Shown: positions 6,895 through 14,005 of the stretch, one piece after another | Position numbering within the stretch: the stretch's first letter is position 1 | Layout of the letters: the number at the start of each line of letters is the position of its first letter | DNA from: Acaryochloridaceae cyanobacterium VAR_48_metabat_390 | Lineage (GTDB): Bacteria; Cyanobacteriota; Cyanobacteriia; Thermosynechococcales; Thermosynechococcaceae | Reading direction: 5' to 3' | NCBI GenBank assembly: GCA_031422435.1 | Contig: JANPLU010000006.1 | Coordinates: 1-14,005 of the forward strand | DNA length: 14,005 nucleotides | Translations under genes and position numbers: made by a program | Notes under the pieces: generated by a model | The model's input: the letters and a program-made list of their open reading frames with translations, nothing else | What the model was told of the DNA's origin: nothing | Database searches by the model: none

Positions 6895-8130
6895 GTGAAG
6901 CTTCAGGTTGGCTTCTTTTTAATGCTCACGGGATGCTCCTTAGCATTGGGCCTCTGGATGCGCGATCGCCTCATCACCCAGCCGCCCCACGCCCAGCTTT
7001 CCATGACGAGCAATGGCGTGGAAAGCCTTCCCGTGGAAGATTACGGCGGGCATCTGTATCTTCAGGGTAAAGTCAACGGTATTTCTACAAAAGACCTGAT
7101 TTTAGACAGTGGAGCCGCTGATGTCTTTATCAGTGAATCCCAGGCAAAAATCCTAGGGCTTCAGTCTCAAGGCAAAGTCAATATCCCGAGGAGATCCACA
7201 ACCATTCCAACGACCTATATCCCTAACGTCTCCCTTCAGTTAGGCGGCTCGTTAGTGCTGAAAGATCACACCTCTGTTGTGATTCCCCAGGCTAAGGTCA
7301 AAGGGTTAGAGCAATATTTCGGACGGGCAGTCAGCGGAATCATCGGCTATGAGCTATTTGAGCAGACTGTCGTTGAGCTAGACTACCAGCTTCAAACGCT
7401 GCGGCTTCACCGCCCTCAAACCTATCAATATCGGGGCAATGGACAGCGTATTCCTTTGATGATTGAGGGCGATCGCCCCTACATTAACGCCACCATTACG
7501 CCCTACGGCTACCCAGCCCTGCCCAGCAAGCTCATGGTTGACCTGGGCAGTAATACGGCGCTTTCATTGACGGCAGCCTGCGGTTTAGATCAGCGGCTCA
7601 TTGCGGCAGTCCCCCGCACCCTGCGGCGGAACCTTGCCACCCTTCAGGGTGTGGACGAAATTGTGTTAGGACGGGTACAAAGCTTAAATATTGGGTCAAT
7701 TTTGCTAAAGCAGCCCATCGCAATTTTGGGTAGAGCAGGCACAGGAGACTGCGATCGCCTCTTCGGCAAAATTGGCTATCAAATTTTGCGGCAGTTTAAG
7801 GTGATTTTAGATTATCCCCATCGTCAGCTTATTCTAGAACCACGTCTCCCGATCCTCTATGACTATGACCTCAGTGGGCTATGGCTAGAGGCGACTGGCG
7901 CACAACTCACCCAGTACCGCGTGGGTGCAGTTACAAAAAACACACCTGCCGCAACAGCAGGTGTGGAAATTGGAGATCGGGCTGTAGAGATTAACGGCAT
8001 CCCTACATCCGCACAAACCTTAGTCAAAATTCGACAGCAGTTAAGTCAGGTTGGACAGACCGTAACGCTACGTCTTGAGCGCCAGAAGAAGCAGTTTTTA
8101 GTGTATCTAAAGCTCCAGCCGCTGCTCTAA
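6895..8130 (+). CDS. Exported or membrane-anchored aspartyl protease with two retropepsin-like domains and C-terminal PDZ
   Basis: N-terminal hydrophobic segment; LILDSGA and GIIGYELF (domain 1); LMVDLGS and GKIGYQIL (domain 2); PDZ-like SGLWL..V..NTPAATAGVEIGD..VEING. GTG start. Confidence 0.88.
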   Translation: MKLQVGFFLMLTGCSLALGLWMRDRLITQPPHAQLSMTSNGVESLPVEDYGGHLYLQGKVNGISTKDLILDSGAADVFISESQAKILGLQSQGKVNIPRRSTTIPTTYIPNVSLQLGGSLVLKDHTSVVIPQAKVKGLEQYFGRAVSGIIGYELFEQTVVELDYQLQTLRLHRPQTYQYRGNGQRIPLMIEGDRPYINATITPYGYPALPSKLMVDLGSNTALSLTAACGLDQRLIAAVPRTLRRNLATLQGVDEIVLGRVQSLNIGSILLKQPIAILGRAGTGDCDRLFGKIGYQILRQFKVILDYPHRQLILEPRLPILYDYDLSGLWLEATGAQLTQYRVGAVTKNTPAATAGVEIGDRAVEINGIPTSAQTLVKIRQQLSQVGQTVTLRLERQKKQFLVYLKLQPLL

Positions 8131-9524
8131 GCCGATAGCTGTAGAGGCGGTCGAGCCGGAATGGGTTCTGCTAAAACATGGACAGGTCGATCTATGAGCG
8201 ACCCGACTAGGAGGCGACGATACAAATCACTAAGCTGCGCTGCAACGCCCGTCCAGCTGAAGTTTTCCTTTACCCAGGTGGTAGCCTGCATTCTCACTTG
8301 AGCCGACCAGTGAGACTGGGTTAAAACCTGCTCCATCGCTGCGGCAAAACCCTGTATATCTTGAGGTGCTACCAATAGCCCTGTTTCTTCAGGAACCACC
8401 GTAAACTTTAAGCCCCCCACGTTTGAGGCAATCACAGGCGTACCGCAGGCCATTGCCTCAATGGCAACTAACCCAAACGGTTCATAGTGACTAGGAATCA
8501 CGCAAACGTCCGCAGCGGTGTAGTACAACGGCAGACGGTCATGCCCCACTTGACCCGCAAACGTTGTGTTATCAGCAATACCCAGTTCTGCAACCAATGC
8601 CTCAATGCGCAATCGCTCATCGGCATCGGCTTGCCCAGGCTGACAGCCCCCCACAATTACAAGCCGGAGTGTTACTTTAAGCGCATCTTCGGTTTGGTCA
8701 TACAGTTGAGCAAAAGCCCTGACTAGGGTTTCAATGCCCTTACGCGGGTCAAATCGCCCCACGTAGACGACTACTTTTTCATCTGCGCCAAACCCTAGGG
8801 TTGATCTTGCGTCTGATTGAGGCATCAGGTGAAACGTTTCTACGTCAGTGCCACAGGGGATGACTTCTACATAGCCGTCTTTTGACACCAGCGATCGCAG
8901 ATAATCTTGCTCTTGAGGACTGGTCGCCACAACGCAGGCGACCTGCTCTAAAATTTGCTGTTCCATAGCAAGACGAGTCTGAGCAATGGGAGGCCGCGCT
9001 AAATTTTGGTACTTTACTGCGCCCAAAGAATGATAGGTGTGCACAAGCTGGATGTTGCTCACCTGCTTAAGCTGAAGCCCCACCCAGCCCGACATCCAGT
9101 AGTTGGTATGCACCAGAGGGTAGTTACCGCCGTCCTTCGCCTGAAACTTCAGCAGCGACTCTACAAACTCCGGCATGTGCCGAAACAGCTCATCGCGCGG
9201 CACAAAGTGCTCTGGCCCAGCGCTCAGGCGAATAGTGCGACAGTGAGGGGTGTGCTGCACAATGACGGCATCATCTGGTCGCGTCTTGCGCGTAAACATA
9301 TCCACCTGCCACCCTAAACGCGCGAGGGCTTCGCCGACTTTGCGAACATAGACATTTTGCCCACCCGCTTCTTCTCGACCAATATCAGCAGCAGGATCCC
9401 CATGCTCAGAAATGAGGGCGATCGACTGACGAGATGGAATGGAGCGCCGTGAGACGACAAAGGAAGAAGATTTTGATTTTGGACTTTCAAGTCTGGAGCT
9501 GTGGCCTATTAATGTTGTTTGCAT
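8127..9524 (-). CDS. sps: Single-domain sucrose-phosphate synthase (GT4, Anabaena SpsA/SpsB type, no SPP domain)
   Basis: IALISEHGDPAADIGREEAGGQNVYVR, GWQVDMFTR, CRTIRL.AGP, HTNYWMSGWVG, VHTYHSLGAVKY, VVATSPQE, YVGRFDPRKGIETL, PSHYEPFGLVAIEAMACGTPV match recalled cyanobacterial GT-only SPS proteins; sucrose synthase is nearby. Confidence 0.85.
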   Translation of the reverse strand: MQTTLIGHSSRLESPKSKSSSFVVSRRSIPSRQSIALISEHGDPAADIGREEAGGQNVYVRKVGEALARLGWQVDMFTRKTRPDDAVIVQHTPHCRTIRLSAGPEHFVPRDELFRHMPEFVESLLKFQAKDGGNYPLVHTNYWMSGWVGLQLKQVSNIQLVHTYHSLGAVKYQNLARPPIAQTRLAMEQQILEQVACVVATSPQEQDYLRSLVSKDGYVEVIPCGTDVETFHLMPQSDARSTLGFGADEKVVVYVGRFDPRKGIETLVRAFAQLYDQTEDALKVTLRLVIVGGCQPGQADADERLRIEALVAELGIADNTTFAGQVGHDRLPLYYTAADVCVIPSHYEPFGLVAIEAMACGTPVIASNVGGLKFTVVPEETGLLVAPQDIQGFAAAMEQVLTQSHWSAQVRMQATTWVKENFSWTGVAAQLSDLYRRLLVGSLIDRPVHVLAEPIPARPPLQLSA

Positions 9525-9606
9525 AACATTCGGTTCCGTTGCTTCACTTCATTGCTTAACGACTAGAATTTGGCTTTTGCCTGAGCCTGACGGCTCCTTT
9601 AACCCA

Positions 9607-10686
9607 TTAATGGTTGGTCAACAAAACAGGGGTGCGGCTATGACCATTTTTGGAGGCGACACTAGAAGCCAACTGGCGGTATACGGCTTCATAGCCATCG
9701 GTCATCTGCGTCACGCTAAAGCGAGCCGTAACGTGGTCACGACAAGCCACCCGATTAATCTTGTCAATGTCTCTAACGGCCTGGACACATTCTTCAACGG
9801 TGTTACACAGGTAGCCTGTTTTACCGTGGGCGATCACCTCTGGCGTAGAGCCAAGGCGCATGGCAACCACAGGCGTACCCGCTGCCATAGATTCAATCAT
9901 CACTAGGCCGAAGGGTTCGCGCCAGGTAATGGGGAATAGAGTGGCGATCGCCCGTCCCATCAGCTCGTTCTTCTGAACGTGTTTCGCCTCACCTAAAAAC
10001 TGAATTTGGTGACCATCAATGTGGGGCTTAACCTCACGCTCAAAAAATTCTTCATCTACGGGGTCAACTTTCCCTGCCATTTTTAGCGGCAGTCCGGTTT
10101 TTTGGGCAATGGCGATCGCGTGATGCGGCCCCTTCTCTTGCGACATTCTGCCCAAAAACGCGAGATAGGGCGGCTCATCTGCCGTTGGGAAAAACCGATG
10201 GCGGTTGACATCAATGGCGTTGTAGACCGTCGCCACACAGTTTAGCCCGAGATGCGAATCAACCTGGGAATTAGAAATACTGACGTAAGGCTGCTCTTTA
10301 GCATGGTTAAAAAGCTTAGTGCTATCAGGCGTAAAAATACCGTGCAGCGTATGCACGGTCGGGGTTTTAATCAATTTTGCATAGGGCAGAGCACCAAACC
10401 CCATATGAGAGTGAATAATGTCAAACTCCGCAGCGCGCTGATAAACATGGCTCAGCTGAAGCGCTTCGTAAACGCTATATTCTTTGACTGCCGCATCGAG
10501 TCGTAAAGCCCTGGGATGAATAGAAGACAGCTTTGCCTCAGTCGTAGAATCTCCAGACGCAAACAGCGTCACATCATGACCCCGATTCACCAGTTCATCA
10601 GTGAGTAAACCCACCACCAATTCAATTCCACCGTAGGCAGGAGGGGGAACACTTTCCCATAGGGGCGCAACTTGAGCAATTCTCAT
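9607..10686 (-). CDS. Glycosyltransferase family 4 protein (GT-B fold), substrate unknown
   Basis: MRIAQVAPLWESVPPPAYGGIELVV, VTLFASGDS, HTLHG, FLGRMSQEKG, WREPFGLVMIESMAAGTPV. ATG 10686 has AGGAG upstream and is preferred over the track start at 10716. Confidence 0.93.
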   Translation of the reverse strand: MRIAQVAPLWESVPPPAYGGIELVVGLLTDELVNRGHDVTLFASGDSTTEAKLSSIHPRALRLDAAVKEYSVYEALQLSHVYQRAAEFDIIHSHMGFGALPYAKLIKTPTVHTLHGIFTPDSTKLFNHAKEQPYVSISNSQVDSHLGLNCVATVYNAIDVNRHRFFPTADEPPYLAFLGRMSQEKGPHHAIAIAQKTGLPLKMAGKVDPVDEEFFEREVKPHIDGHQIQFLGEAKHVQKNELMGRAIATLFPITWREPFGLVMIESMAAGTPVVAMRLGSTPEVIAHGKTGYLCNTVEECVQAVRDIDKINRVACRDHVTARFSVTQMTDGYEAVYRQLASSVASKNGHSRTPVLLTNH

Positions 10687-10793
10687 GATCTCTCTCCTTG
10701 AGCTAAACGCCAGCAAAGAAAAAGTTTGTTGTTTCTCTGGCGTTGCTCGATAAAGTTTACTTAAGATTCAGTAAAAACGTCAGTGCTTACGAC

Positions 10794-10839
10794 ATTATAG
10801 CTGACCTCAATTCAGGGAGTGTAGTACGGATTTCCGAAT
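10794..10839 (-). promoter_or_regulatory. Putative promoter of the GT4-sps operon: TATAAT (10794-10799) plus upstream dyad GTACGG-ATTT-CCGAAT (10824-10839)
   Basis: Perfect -10 hexamer on the minus strand about 110 nt before the ATG. No good -35; an imperfect palindrome centred near -44 occupies the activator position. Confidence 0.5.
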
Positions 10840-11064
10840 TATTCTTTATATTTACAGTTATAAATGATTCAGATTTTGACATAGTTAATACTAGTTAGTT
10901 CTTGCCAATATTTTAAATGGGTCTAAAAGCTTATCAAAGAAAGGCTTATGGCTTTCATATCTATTTCAAGATTGGAGAATTTTTGCTATCAGCCAAGCAT
11001 AATTTGATCCAAGAGTATTAAAGAACTACATTGGATAGATTCTTCAGTAGACCAAAAGGAAGAT

Positions 11065-11100
11065 ATAAATCTCTTAAAAATATATTTTTAAGAGATTTAT
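11065..11100. repeat. Perfect 36-bp AT-rich palindrome
   Basis: ATAAATCTCTTAAAAATA|TATTTTTAAGAGATTTAT; the two 18-bp arms are exact reverse complements with no spacer. Confidence 0.95.
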
Positions 11101-11325
11101 CGTGTTAGCAAGCTTCGATTGATGGTGAGGAACAGAACACCAATACACTTTCGGTTTTACAGGGTAAGTGAAGAATATCTGCCGCCTCTACACAACCCAT
11201 ACAGCAGGCGTTATAGTCTTTGCAGATCCGTCACAAGCCGGAACAAACTACTGGGCTGCTGACCTGTGGGGAACTTCATTCATGGGCGGAGCGTTAACCT
11301 CATCTATCTAGCCATCTGAGGAATT

Positions 11326-11904
11326 ATGAACGATACAAGACTGAGCTTTGTGTGCATTTTGGGCGCAACGATGGCAGCAAGCTTTACACTCTCCTATCCG
11401 CTTTATGCCCAAGCCTCTGGAGAGGAGGTAAAGCCAATTTCTCCTGGGGGGGTGAAACCTGCCCCTCCTGTGCTGGGAAACCCCAGTCTCGGTACCGCTC
11501 CCTCAACGCCCCTTTCGGCATCACCAGCGCAGGGTTTAGAGGCCAAGTTTGATGGGCTAAGAGATTCCCAAGGGCAAGTTTGCGTCAGCCTTTTTTCTGG
11601 CGCGAATGGGTTCCCCAGTGATAGCAGCCCTGACTTACTCCTCAAACGCTGTACGCCTATTTCTAATCAGATGGCTTCCATTGTGTTCAGCGATCTGAAG
11701 CCTGGAGATTACGCCATGACAGCGTTCCATGATGCTAACAGCGATTCAAAACTAAATAAAGGAGATTTTGGCATTCCAGAAGAAGGCTTTGGATTTTCTA
11801 ATAATCCTGAAATTAGCTTTAGTGCCCCCAGCTTTGCTGAGACTAAGTTTAAGGTTTTAGGCACACCGTCTGTGGTTCAAATCAAGTTCCGCTACATGAA
11901 ATAA
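11326..11904 (+). CDS. DUF2141 family exported protein with Pro-rich linker
   Basis: Signal-like N-terminus ending YAQA; GQVCVSLF...GFP, F.DLKPGDYAMTAFHDANSDSKLN...GIPEEGFGFSNNP...PSFAETKF are typical of DUF2141; GAGG upstream. Confidence 0.88.
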   Translation: MNDTRLSFVCILGATMAASFTLSYPLYAQASGEEVKPISPGGVKPAPPVLGNPSLGTAPSTPLSASPAQGLEAKFDGLRDSQGQVCVSLFSGANGFPSDSSPDLLLKRCTPISNQMASIVFSDLKPGDYAMTAFHDANSDSKLNKGDFGIPEEGFGFSNNPEISFSAPSFAETKFKVLGTPSVVQIKFRYMK

Positions 11905-12022
11905 CTCTTACGAGATATGGCGCAGGGGGTCAGATCCTGGTGCGGCTATAGTGAAAGGGGGAGGCGAAATCTTGAATCTACTTGGATAGTTAGTGTATAC
12001 ATGTTTGCGTCAGAGGATCACT

Positions 12023-14005
12023 ATGTTCAAACTTGTGCAAGCTGTACTCCAAAGTGAGGAAAAATCAGACTTTCGGGAGCTGGTGGCCAAGTTTCGCAGC
12101 ACTGACAGAAAATATCTCCTACGAAACGAGATTTTGCAGGCATTTGAGCAAACATGCCAAGACCTGAATAAGCCTCCCTATTTTTTTCATAGCTCTCGAC
12201 TGGGGGAATTGATTCACCTTACCCATGAAGTTCTTTTAGAGAACGAAACCCTATGGATCATTTTGCGCCCTCGCATTGCGCGGCAGGTTATTTTGCGGGT
12301 ATCTGCCGATCTTAGTAGCGTAGACTCAATGCCCACAGAAGCGCTGCTCGATTTACGCGATCGCCTGGTGAATCGCTACGAGCAGGGCATTCTTGAAATT
12401 GATGTACAGCCCTTTTATGACCTGGACTTAACTATTCAAGATCCGCGCAGTATTGGAGAAGGACTCGCCTGTCTGCACCGATACCTTGCTACAGCGCTGG
12501 GTCAAGACCTCCAACAGTGGATTCAATCTATCTTTGAGGTCTTGCGAGGGCATCACTACGAAGGAATATCTCTGCTCATTAACGACCGCATTAGCAGCGG
12601 TGAGCATTTACAGCAGCAGGTCGGAGAGGCAATTTCCCTGCTGCACCATGCCGCACCCAATACCCCCTACGAAAAGATTCATCTCGATCTCCAGTCAGCA
12701 GGATTTGAGCCAGGTTGGGGCGGAACTGCCGCTCAAGCACTCGCCGCCTTAGAGCTATTGGCTCGACTCCTCCAAAGTCCAGACGTAGGCGTTTTAGAAG
12801 CTTGGATTGCCCGGATACCCACTAGCTTTAAGATTCTTCTCATTTCTATTCATGGATGGGTTGGCCAAGATGGCGTACTGGGTCGGCCAGAGACGGCTGG
12901 ACAGGTAGCCTACGTGCTCGACCAGGCAAGACATTTAGATCTAAAGCTCACGCAAGAAATTAAGGATGCTGGGCTAGATCGGTTTGGCATTCAGCCCAAA
13001 ATTGTAATTTTGACGCGGCTGATCCCAGACTGTGAAGGCACCCAGTGCAGTTTGCCCCAAGAGCAGGTTCAGGGCGCAGAACACACCTGGATTTTACGAG
13101 TGCCGTTCCGAGATCAAGCAGATGCCGTTCTTCAAGAATGGATTTCTAAGTTTGACATTTGGCCTTACCTAGAACGGTTTGCCCATGAAGCCGAAAAAAG
13201 CTTACTCGCTCATTTTCAAGGTAAGCCAGATTTGATGATTGGCAACTATACCGACGGCAACCTTGTGGCGTTTCTGCTGGCGCGTCGGCTCAAAGTGCCC
13301 CACTGCATGATTGCCCATGCCCTTGAAAAACCTAAATACCTCTTTAGCGACCTCTACTGGCAAGACCTCGAAGATCGCTACCATTTTTCCCTACTCTACA
13401 CCGCCGACATTATCGGCATGAACGCGGCTGACTTTATCGTCACCTCTTCTTATCAAGAGATTATGGGCACCCCCGACACCACAGGGCAGTTTGAGTCTTA
13501 CCAAAGCTTTAGTATGCCGCAGCTCTTTCATGTCGTAAACGGCATTGAGCTATGCAGTCCCAAATTCAACGTGGTTCCCCCTGGCATCAACGAGCGTGCG
13601 TTTTTCCCATTCCATCTGACCCAAGAGCGCGTGGTGGGAGAAGGCGATCGCCTCTCTCACCTGCTCTTTACCCAATCAGATGACCAAATCTTGGGCTACT
13701 TCAAAGACCCCGCCAAGCGCCCTATTCTTAACTTTGCCCCCATTAACACTGTCAAAAACCTATCGGGGCTAGTCGAGTGCTTTGGTCGAAGCCCTGAACT
13801 GCAAAGCCGCTGCAATCTGATTGTGCTGACGGGCAAACTGCACCCCAGCGAAGCCATTAACGCAGAAGAACAGTCTGAAATTGAAACCCTGCATAGTCTG
13901 ATTAAGGAGTATGACCTTGAAGGCCATATCCGCTGGATTGGACGCCCCATTTCCAGTATGGATTTAGGTGAGGCCATGCGTGTGTTGGCAGACCATGGCG
14001 GAATT
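12023..14005 (+). CDS. susB: Sucrose synthase, SusB type (3' end beyond window, 661 codons visible)
   Basis: Manual translation: MFKLVQAVLQSEEK..YLLRNEIL..PYFFHSS, RPRIA, LLDLRDRLVNRY, GFEPGWG.TA, ISIHGWVGQDGVLGRPETAGQVAYVLDQA, LTRLIP, ILRVPF, WISKFDIWPYLE, IGNYTDGNLVA, IAHALEKPKY, SPKFNVVPPG. GAGG upstream. N-terminus and loop substitutions resemble recalled SusB rather than SusA. Confidence 0.9.
   Translation, partial: MFKLVQAVLQSEEKSDFRELVAKFRSTDRKYLLRNEILQAFEQTCQDLNKPPYFFHSSRLGELIHLTHEVLLENETLWIILRPRIARQVILRVSADLSSVDSMPTEALLDLRDRLVNRYEQGILEIDVQPFYDLDLTIQDPRSIGEGLACLHRYLATALGQDLQQWIQSIFEVLRGHHYEGISLLINDRISSGEHLQQQVGEAISLLHHAAPNTPYEKIHLDLQSAGFEPGWGGTAAQALAALELLARLLQSPDVGVLEAWIARIPTSFKILLISIHGWVGQDGVLGRPETAGQVAYVLDQARHLDLKLTQEIKDAGLDRFGIQPKIVILTRLIPDCEGTQCSLPQEQVQGAEHTWILRVPFRDQADAVLQEWISKFDIWPYLERFAHEAEKSLLAHFQGKPDLMIGNYTDGNLVAFLLARRLKVPHCMIAHALEKPKYLFSDLYWQDLEDRYHFSLLYTADIIGMNAADFIVTSSYQEIMGTPDTTGQFESYQSFSMPQLFHVVNGIELCSPKFNVVPPGINERAFFPFHLTQERVVGEGDRLSHLLFTQSDDQILGYFKDPAKRPILNFAPINTVKNLSGLVECFGRSPELQSRCNLIVLTGKLHPSEAINAEEQSEIETLHSLIKEYDLEGHIRWIGRPISSMDLGEAMRVLADHGGI

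Larger units (their letters stand above)
7..13651. repeat. HIP1 octamers (GCGATCGC), dispersed
   Basis: Copies start at 7, 1201, 4166, 4648, 6483, 6633, 6962, 7469, 7751, 8891, 9944, 10112, 12357 and 13644; several extend to GGCGATCGCC. Hallmark of many cyanobacterial genomes. Confidence 0.93.

Noticed and set aside
9583..9596. GAGCC-TGAC-GGCTC hairpin between GT4 and sps
   Set aside because: Only 5 bp and no U-tail in the transcribed direction.
10823..10836. Possible cyanobacterial LexA box starting AGTAC
   Set aside because: The second half-site (GTWC) is missing; the CGG dyad explains the sequence better.
11122..11262. 46-codon ORF MVRNRTPIHF...LLGC upstream of DUF2141
   Set aside because: No RBS or recognisable motif; consistent with chance. 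Ribo-seq would be needed.
11298..11321. CCTCA/TGAGG pairing that could mask the DUF2141 RBS
   Set aside because: A 5-bp stem with a 14-nt loop is too weak to support.
8487..13977. Short ORFs overlapping sps, GT4, DUF2141 and susB, including 9439-9906 (+) and 12453-12752 (+)
   Set aside because: Antisense or out-of-frame to strong CDS calls; no independent evidence.
1..14005. CRISPR array, tRNA/rRNA, transposase or prophage
   Set aside because: No regularly spaced direct repeats, cloverleaf or mobile-element ORFs seen; nearly all sequence is explained by the listed CDS.

Overview
Cyanobacterial chromosomal window (14 HIP1 GCGATCGC octamers found by eye, about 1 per kb) with three blocks. (1) 1-6154, minus strand: bifunctional (p)ppGpp synthetase/hydrolase rel, then a TerY-P/YegLKI-type triad of vWA protein, PP2C-like phosphatase and YegI-like Ser/Thr kinase. 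The kinase continues into a Cys/His motif, one predicted TM helix and WD40 repeats, runs off the left edge and is missing from the ORF track. A nested stem-loop sits between rel and the vWA gene. (2) 6329-8130, plus strand: a PatD-like protein divergent from rel and a double-domain aspartyl protease with a PDZ domain. (3) 8127-14005: a sucrose cluster with a GT4 glycosyltransferase and a single-domain sucrose-phosphate synthase (minus), divergent from a DUF2141 protein and a SusB-type sucrose synthase (plus, truncated at the right edge, also missing from the ORF track). The AT-rich divergent spacer has a perfect 36-bp palindrome and a candidate Rre1/OrrA-type activated promoter. No rRNA, tRNA, CRISPR array or transposase was seen. 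Family calls come from manual translation and recalled motifs; no database search was run.
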